This document shows positions 52,237 through 62,241 of a stretch of DNA of 64,000 nucleotides, piece after piece. The position numbers were made by a program, and so were the translations under genes. The stretch's first letter is position 1. Each line of letters begins with the position of its first letter. The notes under the pieces were generated by a model, which was not told the origin of the DNA, did not search any database, and saw only the letters and a program-made list of their open reading frames with translations. Source of the stretch: an uncultured delta proteobacterium (GTDB taxonomy: Bacteria; Desulfobacterota; Desulfobacteria; Desulfobacterales; SG8-13); the NCBI GenBank assembly GCA_963848135.1, contig CAWKCK010000003.1:682001-746000 (forward strand). Direction: 5' to 3'.

Positions 52237-52576
52237 AGAGGGGCCTGAATTTTGCTGCACAAGCAGCCTCGAAGGTGGTCGTTCCGCGAAAATTTACGAG
52301 TACTTATCTCATATTCTAAGAGCCCATGGCGGTGTTACGAATCGGCTCTGAATGCTCACATACTATATGTATGCTCCGCTTTGTCGTCCCTTCCTGCCTT
52401 GCCACGAACCCTATAGTTAGGTTCTATAAATTCTGCAAGTATTTGATGCTTGGCTTTGGGTGTTCGATCGCTATCCGTGCGGAATCGAATAGATGGCATT
52501 GAACATTTTTTATATGAAAAAGAGCGGTAGAGAGGCAAATCCACCGCCGTACTCAGGTCCGAAGAAGGTAAGCGAG

Positions 52577-52933
52577 ATGCACGAAATGGGGGTCGCCATG
52601 CAGATCATTGAGATTGTGGCGGCATCGATTCCTGAAAACTCGGCGCGATCCCGTGTGGAACGGGTTAATTTGAAAATCGGTAAATTATCAGCTGTCGTTG
52701 CCGACAGCCTCCGTTTCTGCTTTGAAGTGGCTGCCAAAGATACTGCCCTGGAGGGAGCAGAGCTTGTAATCGACGAAATTCCAGTGGTCGCTCAGTGCAA
52801 CGCTTGCGGGGTCAAGTGGACGATTGAGTCCCCCGTATTTATCTGCAATCAATGCCAGAGTGGACAAATTGAGATTCTATCGGGCCGCGAACTGGATATC
52901 GAATCGATTGAAATTAGCGATGAAAATGACTGA
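52577..52933 (+). CDS. hypA: Nickel metallochaperone HypA
   Basis: MHE start and two CxxC motifs (CNAC, CNQC). Confidence 0.93.
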   Translation: MHEMGVAMQIIEIVAASIPENSARSRVERVNLKIGKLSAVVADSLRFCFEVAAKDTALEGAELVIDEIPVVAQCNACGVKWTIESPVFICNQCQSGQIEILSGRELDIESIEISDEND

Positions 52934-52995
52934 CGAGCCTGGCAACATGGCGCGTGGTTAGCCAAGGCTGGAATATAAGGGTATCGAAAACAAAC

Positions 52996-53817
52996 ATGAA
53001 ACAATCCAAACTCGAAAATTATCAGACTTTGCCCGGTGATAAACTCGTTTTTCACTCTCACCACGATCCCTCCGGGCCCCACAAACACGGCCAGAGTCGC
53101 GGCGCCCGTACCGGCGGGGGAACGTTTAACCGCAAAAGCGGCACCCACGAGATCAAGGTCGTTCGCAGGGTGCTGGATGCCAATGACATCATGGCCGCTC
53201 AAAATCGCAAGCTGTATCAGGAAAAGAACGTGTTTGTTCTCAATATGATGAGTAGCCCCGGTTCTGGAAAGACAACGACTCTTGAAAAAACGCTGGCGCG
53301 TATTATGCCGGAGATCCGCAGTGCAGTGATCGTAGGGGATATCTGTACCACCAACGATGCTGACCGCCTCGCTCATAGCGGGGCACCGGTTGTGCAAATC
53401 AACACCGACGAGTTTGGCGGTGACTGCCATCTGGCGGCGCACGTCATTGAGAAAGCTCTCGACGGTATGGACCTTGATAACCTGGACCTGCTGATCGTTG
53501 AGAATATCGGTAACCTGGTCTGTCCGGCAGAGTTCGACATCGGTGAAGACTGTCGGGTGGTGGTATTGAGCGTGACCGAAGGGGAAGACAAGCCGGCAAA
53601 GTATCCTTTGATGTTTCGAGAGTGCGATGCCGCCCTGCTTAATAAAATCGATTTACTGCCGTACCTTGACTACGACAGGGAGGCGGCGGTCAAAACGATT
53701 CTCCAGGTCCACCCCGGAATGCCAATTTTCGAACTGTCGGCCAAGACTGAAGAGGGATTTGAGCCCTGGATAAATTGGCTGAAACACAAAGTCAATGACA
53801 AGGTCGGGACGAATTGA
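52996..53817 (+). CDS. hypB: Nickel incorporation GTPase HypB
   Basis: His-containing N-terminus, SSPGSGKT, CHL, ENIGNLVCP, EGEDKP.KYP and NKID. Confidence 0.94.
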   Translation: MKQSKLENYQTLPGDKLVFHSHHDPSGPHKHGQSRGARTGGGTFNRKSGTHEIKVVRRVLDANDIMAAQNRKLYQEKNVFVLNMMSSPGSGKTTTLEKTLARIMPEIRSAVIVGDICTTNDADRLAHSGAPVVQINTDEFGGDCHLAAHVIEKALDGMDLDNLDLLIVENIGNLVCPAEFDIGEDCRVVVLSVTEGEDKPAKYPLMFRECDAALLNKIDLLPYLDYDREAAVKTILQVHPGMPIFELSAKTEEGFEPWINWLKHKVNDKVGTN

Positions 53818-53893
53818 GATGCGAGATCCCCACAGCACCGGGAAAAATCCAGGCCAGAGCATCTATGGGGTGAACAGGGCACAAGGCGTTAAA

Positions 53894-55633
53894 TCAATTC
53901 TCCAGTAGAAACAGGGAAATGTATCTCGGATTGAGTTCGGTTGCATCCACCCGGCCGTATTCATCCTCGATCTCTTCAAAGAGAGCTTCAAGAACATGTC
54001 CGATCCTGTCGGTGATTTCAAAGTCGCTGAGCCCGGAACGTTTGCAAAGACAATTCAGAAAAGATGTTTTCATTTCCGTCTTTATGCGAGGAGATTTTTT
54101 ATCTGACTGCCAGAGGTCCTCGAAAAAATTCCGGAATTCCGCAAGTTTCAAAAGCCGGATATCTTTACTGCTGCCGATCCGATCAAGAGCCCAAAACGTC
54201 AAGAGAAGATTCTTAAATGTCAGAAATTTTCTGGTGGCCAGAGGGCCCAGTTCAATATCCAGGTTTGAAAACAGATTGTCGATGGCGATGATATCGCTCA
54301 GCACGGCCTCAGACAGCTGCAGGTCTTCTAAAGTGCCGAACTCCCGATACATGCGCCCCGAATGGTAGTTATCGAAAAACATCGGCTTTTTTATCAGTAA
54401 ACCGCCTAGCACGCCAAGTCGTTCTTCGCCCCAAAATGTCAGGGAAAGTCCCTGGTGGGAGAACCAGGCGTGATCCATCCATCTCTGCGCACGCCATTTC
54501 AACTTGAGCGCCTGGCTATAACCAACCCTGAAAATATCGGACAGCAAATGCCGCTGAACGAGAGCGGTATAGCGGTTGCCGACCGCCTGGTCGTCGGCGG
54601 GGGTGCCCAAAATCAGTGTGCGCAGGCCGATCGACAGATAGCCGCTGGCTTTTTCTACGATGGACCTGAGTACTTCTTTACTCTTTACCTCGGTGAAATC
54701 TGTGGCGGCAATACGGTTGCATAAACCGGCGAATTCGGCTTGCAATTGCTGCAATAAAGGCTCGCTGTCGATTCTGGCAAGACTGGTGGCAAACGGCGTG
54801 TCATCCGCGAGAAGATCCGCCGGGTAGTGCGGCACGGGGACACGGGTTTCAGATGATGTGGGCGAAATTCTGCCGGAGGACCGATTGGGGACCTGTTCTA
54901 TTTCGAGCGGTTGGTAGACCCCCACGGCTTCTTCGAATGGCAAGAAACCTTTCTCCGCCAGCCGCACGTTTCTGAGCCGATAGATCTCTTCTTCGCATTC
55001 TGCAGGTAGAAGGCTGATTGTCTCAAACAATATTTTCTGGTAGGCAATGTGGTCAAGGTCGGCAACGCTCTCCATCAGTTTCGATAGAAATTCCCTAAAG
55101 CTTTCCTTTTCAACGTCCCCAAACTCTGATTCCGGCGCAGCGAGGGCGCCGGTTATCCGTACATAAAAAACATTATCCAGAGTGGTGTAATTGCTGCCGA
55201 AATCCGACGGATCTTGGTCATGCTCCAGGATTTTCACATCGATGTTGTTAGAGAGAAAAAGTTCGAAAAGATCATTCTGTTCTTCCACCAACCACCTGAC
55301 GGCTTGGCGGGCATTTGCCCGGAAAAGCAAACTGAGCCAGCGGAAGGTCGATGCCAGGTCGATCCTGTCCCGCTGCCAGATGCCGAGATCCAGAAAGGAC
55401 TCCCATTGCCGCCTGGAGGCGAGTGCCAGCAGCGGTAGGGCGTCTTCGGGGCCGATGTCGTTTATCAGGAAATAGAGGTCTTGTTCCGGAATCGAGTGGA
55501 CCAGGGCGGCAGGTTCCTCGGCTTCCAGAATGTATGCCAGGGCTTTTTCCGGCGGAAGGGAGAGAAGCTCTTTTTTTTTCTGAAACAATTTATCGATTCG
55601 GGTCTGGATCTGTTTGTTGTCGATGTCCTTCAT
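53894..55633 (-). CDS. Conserved deltaproteobacterial protein (DUF6178-like)
   Basis: Long ORF with ALVHSIPEQDLY...IGPED and EEE.YRLR..RLAEKGF patterns, recalled from this family. Confidence 0.65.
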   Translation of the reverse strand: MKDIDNKQIQTRIDKLFQKKKELLSLPPEKALAYILEAEEPAALVHSIPEQDLYFLINDIGPEDALPLLALASRRQWESFLDLGIWQRDRIDLASTFRWLSLLFRANARQAVRWLVEEQNDLFELFLSNNIDVKILEHDQDPSDFGSNYTTLDNVFYVRITGALAAPESEFGDVEKESFREFLSKLMESVADLDHIAYQKILFETISLLPAECEEEIYRLRNVRLAEKGFLPFEEAVGVYQPLEIEQVPNRSSGRISPTSSETRVPVPHYPADLLADDTPFATSLARIDSEPLLQQLQAEFAGLCNRIAATDFTEVKSKEVLRSIVEKASGYLSIGLRTLILGTPADDQAVGNRYTALVQRHLLSDIFRVGYSQALKLKWRAQRWMDHAWFSHQGLSLTFWGEERLGVLGGLLIKKPMFFDNYHSGRMYREFGTLEDLQLSEAVLSDIIAIDNLFSNLDIELGPLATRKFLTFKNLLLTFWALDRIGSSKDIRLLKLAEFRNFFEDLWQSDKKSPRIKTEMKTSFLNCLCKRSGLSDFEITDRIGHVLEALFEEIEDEYGRVDATELNPRYISLFLLEN

Positions 55634-55649
55634 CGCTTTCAATTCTATA

Positions 55650-56948
55650 TTATTCGCGTGTGGTCATAATGGGAGTTATTTTCAGCAGCAAGATCAAACC
55701 AGGAATTGCGATCAGTGCACAAAAAATGAAAAAAGACGGCCAGCCAAATATTTGGGCGAGGTAGCCGGTGGGCGCCGAGGCGACCACCCGGGGAACCCCC
55801 ATCAAACTCGATAACAAGGCATACTGGGTTGCGGTAAATCTTTTATTGGTAATGCTGGCCATGAATGCGACGAATGCCGCGGTACCCATACCGCTGCTGA
55901 AATTTTCGAATGACACCACCCCTGACAGCAACGGCACGCTATGGCCAACCCGGGCCAGGATCGCAAAGCCGGCCGTGGAAGCCGCCTGGAGGAAGCCGAA
56001 AATCCAGAGACTGCGATTGATGCCGAGACGGATCATCAGCACACCTCCGGCCAGGCCGCCTGTGACAGTGGCCCAGAAACCGAAGAGTTTTACGACCGCA
56101 CCTATCTCTGATTTGGTAAACCCGATATCCAGGTAAAAAGGCGTGGTCATGGTGGTGGCCATCGAGTCACCGATTTTATAAAAAAGTATAAAAGCGAGTA
56201 TCCACAGTGCCCCATGCCGGCTGAAGTATTCGGCCAGAGGCATTAAGGCCGCTTCCTTGAGGCTTCCGGGTGTACCGCCGACCGCCTTTGGCTCCGGGGC
56301 AAGTATCGTGGTCAGCACGCCGGGTAACAGGCAGAGAGCCATGATCAGGTAGACTATGGAGTAAGGCAGGTGGTCGGCCAGAATCAAACCACCGCCTGAA
56401 GCCAGAAGCATTCCGACCCGATAGCCGTTGATGTAAAGGGACGATCCGAGGCCGAGCTCAGCATTGGACAGATCTTCCCTGCGGTAGGCATCCACAACGA
56501 TATCCTGGGATGCGCTGAAAAAAGTGACGACAAATGCCGCAAAGGCCAACAGCCATGGATTTTCAGCCGGATCGGTAAGCCCGAGTCCGATAATGGCGGC
56601 CATCAATGCCAGTTGAACCAATATCAGCCAGCCTCTTCTGCGTCCGAGAAATGGCAGGGTGAAGCGGTCGAAAATGGGAGCCCAGAGGAACTTGAGAGTA
56701 TACGGTAACCCGACGAGAGCCATTAATCCGATAACGGCCAGGTCGACGCCTTCATCTTTCATCCAGGCCTGTAAAAGGCTCACCGTGAGCAGTAAGGGGA
56801 GTCCACACGAAAAACCCATCACCAGCGCAACAAGCATTCGCCGGCTAAATATGACCCTCATCAGCACAGCGGGTTCATCATTAAATTGTCGGGCGGTCGT
56901 TTCCGATCGGCGTCCTTCCCGCGAAGACGGCAATTTCATGACTCTCAT
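55650..56948 (-). CDS. ampG: AmpG-family muropeptide MFS permease
   Basis: GFSCGLP, KFLWAP..D, GRRRGW, SASQDIVVDAYR and TATQYALLSS. Confidence 0.93.
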   Translation of the reverse strand: MRVMKLPSSREGRRSETTARQFNDEPAVLMRVIFSRRMLVALVMGFSCGLPLLLTVSLLQAWMKDEGVDLAVIGLMALVGLPYTLKFLWAPIFDRFTLPFLGRRRGWLILVQLALMAAIIGLGLTDPAENPWLLAFAAFVVTFFSASQDIVVDAYRREDLSNAELGLGSSLYINGYRVGMLLASGGGLILADHLPYSIVYLIMALCLLPGVLTTILAPEPKAVGGTPGSLKEAALMPLAEYFSRHGALWILAFILFYKIGDSMATTMTTPFYLDIGFTKSEIGAVVKLFGFWATVTGGLAGGVLMIRLGINRSLWIFGFLQAASTAGFAILARVGHSVPLLSGVVSFENFSSGMGTAAFVAFMASITNKRFTATQYALLSSLMGVPRVVASAPTGYLAQIFGWPSFFIFCALIAIPGLILLLKITPIMTTRE

Positions 56949-57109
56949 ATCCGATCAATGGCGACCACCCTAGCAGGCTTTTGAATAGTTATTACAGCTG
57001 GCCGACGTTAAAATTGAACTCAAAGCACGCACATTTTAAATATAAACCGCTTTAATTCTTAGAATTTTGCAATGATTGGCCGGTGTTTGTAACGTTTTAC
57101 AACACTCAA

Positions 57110-59080
57110 TTAAGCGCCGGTGTTTTCTTTAATCAGATCAATAGGCATTACGATAGCGCCATACTCTTTTTGCAAAATCGTGAGGCCTTGATGCTGTTCC
57201 TTGAGAATCTCGAACAATCGTTCGGGGATATTCTCTTCTTTGCTATAGGCGGTGATCTGCAATTCGATGCGGGCCAGAATGTTGTCGACATACAGGGAAA
57301 ACTGCTTGATATAGAGATCTTCAGAATAATCTTTGTCGATGATTTCTTTGAAAAGTATCTTCAAGTCGTCATACTTTGGTAGGTACCCAATGGGTGTATC
57401 TATCGCTTCCACTTCCCGGTGGGATCTCCTTTCCAGCCAGGACAGCCAGACCCTGACATCGCGTTTTTCACCAAGAAGTTTTTTTGAGTTTCCACCTCTG
57501 GCCTCGTGGGTCAGGAAGTAATTCAGGCCCGCCATGATGGGATGACTATGCTGCGCTATTTCCTGATTATCGAAAAACTTGAACTGAGCATCCATATAGT
57601 CCCCAAGGGAACCCGGAATAAATGGTGCGTTTGCCCATGGGGCACGGCGGACACCGGTGGCGCCGACTTCTGTGGCCGTTGCGGCAGAAACGATGCATGC
57701 GCCAATGACCACGCCGTGGTCTGAACTTTTGGCCACCCAGACCGGTGGCATAGTGTCACTGTCCCGGCCACTATATGTGATCACACCGGTTTCGACACCT
57801 GCAGGGTCTTCCGCCGATGGCGAGTAGTTTTCAAGGGCCGAAGATGAGAGCGTGCAGCGGGCATTGGGGTGCGATACCGGCACCGGTTTACCATTGCTGT
57901 CAAGCATACCTTTTTCCCAGGGGCCTTGGTAATTTACACCTGATGTCGGGTTTTCACCATTGCCTTTCCATTGAGGGATACCGTGCGGGTCTATCAGAAC
58001 ATTAGACCAGATAACCTCGGTACCGGGATCGCGCAGGCATTTCATCAGTTTGGGATCACCATCCCAGTTGACGTCTTCGACGATCCCGAAGATGCCACAT
58101 TCCGGATTGATGGAGCGGACGCTGCCGTTCTCATCGATCCACATCTGGGCCAGGTCGTCTCCGACAAAGTGGTTGCCGGCCATAGCCGTCGTCGTTTTAC
58201 CGCATCCGCTGGGAGCGGCTCCGGTGACCCAGGTAATCCTGTCCCCGGGTCCGTCAATGCCCGTGATAAACATGTGCTCGGAGAGTTCTCTGCCGCAATT
58301 TTCGTAAATCGCTCGATCGACGGAAAAGCGGTGGTTGCCTTTCTTCAGCAGTAAGGTGTTCCCGGCATAAGTGCAATTAATGCTGTAAGTGGTTTGGTGG
58401 CTGCGGTCCATATAGACACGGGCGTTGGGCAGGTCTTCCGGACGGTTCAAACCTTCACTGTGAATATTGGTATAGTAATGCCCGACGCGGTCAACCAGAT
58501 CGTCGAATTGCGCAAAGATATTGCGGTAGAGTATTTCAGCACTGTGGGCCACGTATGCGGAACTGGTGATTTCCAGCGCGGGGTTGGACACCGGTGATCC
58601 CACCGGGCCGCGAAGGTAGTAGCCGACAATCATCGTCAATCCGGTCATGATACCGGACATCTTTTCGCGGATGTCGGCCAAGGCTTCTATCCGGTCTATT
58701 TTGTTGGCCAGCGAACTGACAAGATCATCCGGATTGGTGAGGTAAAATGTACGATCGATGATCCGTCCCTGCTCTTCTTTCAAATCGTAGTGGATGGTAT
58801 GACCATCCATAGGCAATTTGGCCTCTTCCCCCTTGTCGAGGGATATTTTACGAATAAACTGTCGATCAGATTCCGAACCGGTATTGATGAATACGCTATC
58901 CGGCTGGCACATGGAGATGGCATTGGCTATTTTCAACTTGGCTTCCGCGTGCTTGATCTGTTGCAATCTGTCCAGTTGCTCGGCATCCATCTTTTGTTTG
59001 AAGAGTTGCAGGGCGGCATCTGGGTCTGCTATACCGCCGATTTCAGCGACAACGTCAATCCCTTCCCTCTTTTTCAGCAT
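57110..59080 (-). CDS. pckG: Phosphoenolpyruvate carboxykinase (GTP)
   Basis: YAGN..L.K, EHM, GAAPSGCGKT, VGDD, NPE.GIFG and HPNAR. Confidence 0.9.
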   Translation of the reverse strand: MLKKREGIDVVAEIGGIADPDAALQLFKQKMDAEQLDRLQQIKHAEAKLKIANAISMCQPDSVFINTGSESDRQFIRKISLDKGEEAKLPMDGHTIHYDLKEEQGRIIDRTFYLTNPDDLVSSLANKIDRIEALADIREKMSGIMTGLTMIVGYYLRGPVGSPVSNPALEITSSAYVAHSAEILYRNIFAQFDDLVDRVGHYYTNIHSEGLNRPEDLPNARVYMDRSHQTTYSINCTYAGNTLLLKKGNHRFSVDRAIYENCGRELSEHMFITGIDGPGDRITWVTGAAPSGCGKTTTAMAGNHFVGDDLAQMWIDENGSVRSINPECGIFGIVEDVNWDGDPKLMKCLRDPGTEVIWSNVLIDPHGIPQWKGNGENPTSGVNYQGPWEKGMLDSNGKPVPVSHPNARCTLSSSALENYSPSAEDPAGVETGVITYSGRDSDTMPPVWVAKSSDHGVVIGACIVSAATATEVGATGVRRAPWANAPFIPGSLGDYMDAQFKFFDNQEIAQHSHPIMAGLNYFLTHEARGGNSKKLLGEKRDVRVWLSWLERRSHREVEAIDTPIGYLPKYDDLKILFKEIIDKDYSEDLYIKQFSLYVDNILARIELQITAYSKEENIPERLFEILKEQHQGLTILQKEYGAIVMPIDLIKENTGA

Positions 59081-59237
59081 TTGACGACTCCCCCCTCGAG
59101 AATCCAGTCGTGACAATAATGTCTTGCGTTTGGTTAATATCATTCGACCGAACCGTGCCAATTGTCAATAGGGCTGTCGGCAGGTTTCAGTAAACGTATC
59201 GCTTCTGATTTTTCTGTTCAATCGGACCGGATAAATA

Positions 59238-59897
59238 TCAAGTGCTCGGATGGTCGCGGAGGCAAAATTTTTCCGGAACCGGCGTATGCCTTTGTATCCA
59301 GATCAGGACTTTTTCCATCTCAAGCTTCAATTCTGCCAAGGCTTTACCCCTGTGGCTCACCCGGCTTTTTTCGTTCCGGCTCAATTCGGCGAATGTTTTT
59401 CTTAGCGGTGGAAAGAAAAACACGGGATCATAGCCGAAGCCATTGTGACCGACCGGCAGTTCGGTAATCAACCCTTCACAGCGCGCTTCGTAGGTCAGGG
59501 CCGGGCCGGTCGGCATTGCAATGGAGATAACACACTCAAAGGCTGCCCGCCGATCTTTTTGTCCAGCCAGTTCGGTCAGGAGTTTTGTGCAGCGGTCGGT
59601 ATCGGTGGCGTCTTTTCCGCCATAGCGAGCCGAGAGGACGCCGGGCGCACCGTCGAGAGCGTTGACGACCAGGCCAGAATCGTCGGCCAGCGCGGGCAAT
59701 CCCAGGATCCGTGCTGTAAAACTCGCTTTTTTGTAGGCGTTTTCTTCGAAAGTATCGCCGTCTTCTTCCACTTCAGGGATGGTGCCGAAATCTTCGAGAT
59801 TTCTGATCTGGACCGGAAAACCCTGCATCAAGTCGCGGATTTCTGCCGTCTTCCCCGGATTGCGGGTGGCAATAACCATGGAAACTCTGTTTTCCAA
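59238..59897 (-). CDS. rdgB: XTP/dITP diphosphatase (HAM1 family)
   Basis: ATRNPGK, ENA..KA, ADDSGL, GFGYDP and SHRG. Confidence 0.95.
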   Translation of the reverse strand: MENRVSMVIATRNPGKTAEIRDLMQGFPVQIRNLEDFGTIPEVEEDGDTFEENAYKKASFTARILGLPALADDSGLVVNALDGAPGVLSARYGGKDATDTDRCTKLLTELAGQKDRRAAFECVISIAMPTGPALTYEARCEGLITELPVGHNGFGYDPVFFFPPLRKTFAELSRNEKSRVSHRGKALAELKLEMEKVLIWIQRHTPVPEKFCLRDHPST

Positions 59898-60491
59898 AAC
59901 GTCCCTTCCCGTTCAACGCACAGAATATGTTTGATAAAAACGGTGTCGGATACCGGCGCTCTGCGTTGCGGACCACCGCTGGTAAGGTTTACAGGGACCC
60001 ACTTCTATCAAAATATTTTTCTGTGCGCTAATGACTTGCCTATTTGACGCATAGATCTTCGTCGCGATATAAGAATTTAGAATGACGTCTAAGAGGCTGA
60101 TTGCAGATTTCGGCAGCTTTCATGTCGTTAAGCGGCAAGTGCCGATTGCACGTTAAAAGGACACACAAAATGTCCGGAACCGGTCGGTATCGTGCACTGT
60201 TTTTCAGTCTGGTCTGCCATGCCACAGAGAACCTAAGCTTTGTAAATAATAACGAAAAATATAGTCCATAGCGCTGTTTTTGTAAAGCATTTTAACCCTT
60301 ATGACCCTGCGTGAATATGACTTTACACGCGTGCAGGCGATGGGTTATGCAATTGTCACCTCCTCCGACGGTCGCGGCGTGCGGCTTGAACGCGTTCAAA
60401 TTAAGCATCAATTTTCATCCGATTACCAAATGAGACGTCCTGTGGGGTGCCCGTTTCGACACACGAGATTGCCAACCAGGACAACAAGGCA

Positions 60492-62054
60492 ATGACACAG
60501 ACCAAAGACCTCATCCTGGCCATAGATATCGGAACCCAAAGCGTTAAGGCGCTGGTATTCGATCGACAGGGCCGGATAGTGGCCCGGAATGTTGTTGCCA
60601 TTCGACCCTATTACGCTCGACACCCTGGTTGGGCAGAGCAGGACCCTGAGGTCTTCTGGAAGGTCCTATGCCAGGCGTGCCAGACGTTGATGCAGCCGGG
60701 CGGAATGGAACGTGATCGTCTTGCCGGCGTGACGCTGACAACCCAAAGGGGGACCGTAATTAATTTGGACCGCAAGGGTAAGCCGTTGCGCCCGGCCATC
60801 GTGTGGCTTGATCAGCGCAAAACCCATGGCGTGCCACCTGTCGGCGGAGGGTGGGGCGCTCTGTTTCGTCTTGCCGGTCTCCGGCGGACCATCGCCTATC
60901 TGCAAACCGAAGCCGAGGCCAACTGGATTGCCAGTCACCAACCAGATATATGGCAAAGCACCGATAAATATCTTCTACTTTCCGGATATATTACCTACAG
61001 GCTTACCGGCCAATTTGTTGATTCCGTCGGTTGTCAGGTCGGTTATATTCCGTTCGATTATCGTAAGCTGCGATGGGCATCTGCCCGTGACTGGAAATGG
61101 CGGGTGCTTCCGATTCGACGCGATCAACTTCCCGAACTTGTGCCGCCGGGGCATCTAATCGGTGACGTTTGCCGGCAGGCGGCCGAGGACTCCGGTTTAC
61201 CGGTGGGTCTACCTCTGGTGGCTGCGGCAGCCGACAAGGCTTGTGAAGTGGCCGGATCGGGCGGGATAAGCCCCCAAATTGGTTGCCTCAGCTACGGCAC
61301 CGCCGCCACGATCAACGCCACCAACGCCAAATATATGGAATCCGTGCGCCTGCTACCGGCATACCCGTCGGTTATTCCCGGCCATTACACCATGGAGATT
61401 CAGATTTACCGTGGCTTCTGGATGGTCAGCTGGTTCAAAGAAGAATTCGGTTTTCCCGAACAGCAATTGGCTGCCGAAAAAGGCATCGAAATCGAAACAC
61501 TGTTCGAAGATCTGGTCGCAAAAGTACCTCCGGGAACCCAGGGGCTCATGCTGCAACCCTTCTGGTCCCCGGGGCTGCGACAACCCGGGCCGGAGGCCAA
61601 AGGCGCAATTATCGGGTTCGGCGATCTGCATACGCGTGCCCACCTTTACCGGTCAATCCTCGAGGGACTGGCGTATGCCCTGCGACAGGGAAAGGAGCGG
61701 ATCGAGAAGCGTACCAAAATTCCAATGACCAGCTTGCGAGTGTCCGGTGGCGGAAGTCGGAGCAATAGTGCCATGCAGCTGACGGCCGACGTGTTCGGCA
61801 TGCCGGCCGCAAGGCCTCATTTATATGAAACTTCCGGTCTCGGGGCTGCTTTGACGGCCTTTGTGGGTCTTGGAATTCACCCTGATTTCGATTCGGCTGT
61901 CGCAGCCATGGTTCGGATTGGACAGGTCTTCGAACCGGACATGCCCGCCCATCGCGTGTATGATTCCTTGTATCGCGATGTTTACACAAAACTGTACCGG
62001 CGCCTTAAGCCTCTCTACCGCCGCATTCGAGAAATAACCGGGTATCCGGAGTAA
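60492..62054 (+). CDS. FGGY-family carbohydrate kinase
   Basis: [27 protein letters not shown] and VSGGGS. Confidence 0.92.
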   Translation: MTQTKDLILAIDIGTQSVKALVFDRQGRIVARNVVAIRPYYARHPGWAEQDPEVFWKVLCQACQTLMQPGGMERDRLAGVTLTTQRGTVINLDRKGKPLRPAIVWLDQRKTHGVPPVGGGWGALFRLAGLRRTIAYLQTEAEANWIASHQPDIWQSTDKYLLLSGYITYRLTGQFVDSVGCQVGYIPFDYRKLRWASARDWKWRVLPIRRDQLPELVPPGHLIGDVCRQAAEDSGLPVGLPLVAAAADKACEVAGSGGISPQIGCLSYGTAATINATNAKYMESVRLLPAYPSVIPGHYTMEIQIYRGFWMVSWFKEEFGFPEQQLAAEKGIEIETLFEDLVAKVPPGTQGLMLQPFWSPGLRQPGPEAKGAIIGFGDLHTRAHLYRSILEGLAYALRQGKERIEKRTKIPMTSLRVSGGGSRSNSAMQLTADVFGMPAARPHLYETSGLGAALTAFVGLGIHPDFDSAVAAMVRIGQVFEPDMPAHRVYDSLYRDVYTKLYRRLKPLYRRIREITGYPE

Positions 62055-62061
62055 TAACCGA

Positions 62062-62093
62062 CTGGGGGGTCATACATCTGGGGGGTCACACAT
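62062..62093. repeat. Tandem 16-bp direct repeat, two copies
   Basis: CTGGGGGGTCATACAT and CTGGGGGGTCACACAT. Confidence 0.8.
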
Positions 62094-62241
62094 CGGCAGT
62101 CGCCCTATATTGTGCATTTCCGGCCTCTATCCGCAATCTTTACAAAAATTCACGCTTGTGCGATAAAATTGGTTTGCCATCACCGTCGGTGCGGCCGCGA
62201 ATTTCAAGAATACTGCTCCATGCATTCAAAATGGCGCTCTC

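Noticed and set aside
52577..53817. hypAB as nickel chaperones for the ureohydrolase (as for guanidine hydrolase GdmH)
   Set aside because: They lie 35 kb away in core-gene context without the shared operator; hydrogenase maturation is the simpler explanation.
59900..60490. Long intergenic region as a possible 6S or other ncRNA
   Set aside because: No recognisable conserved structure; it looks like divergent promoter DNA.
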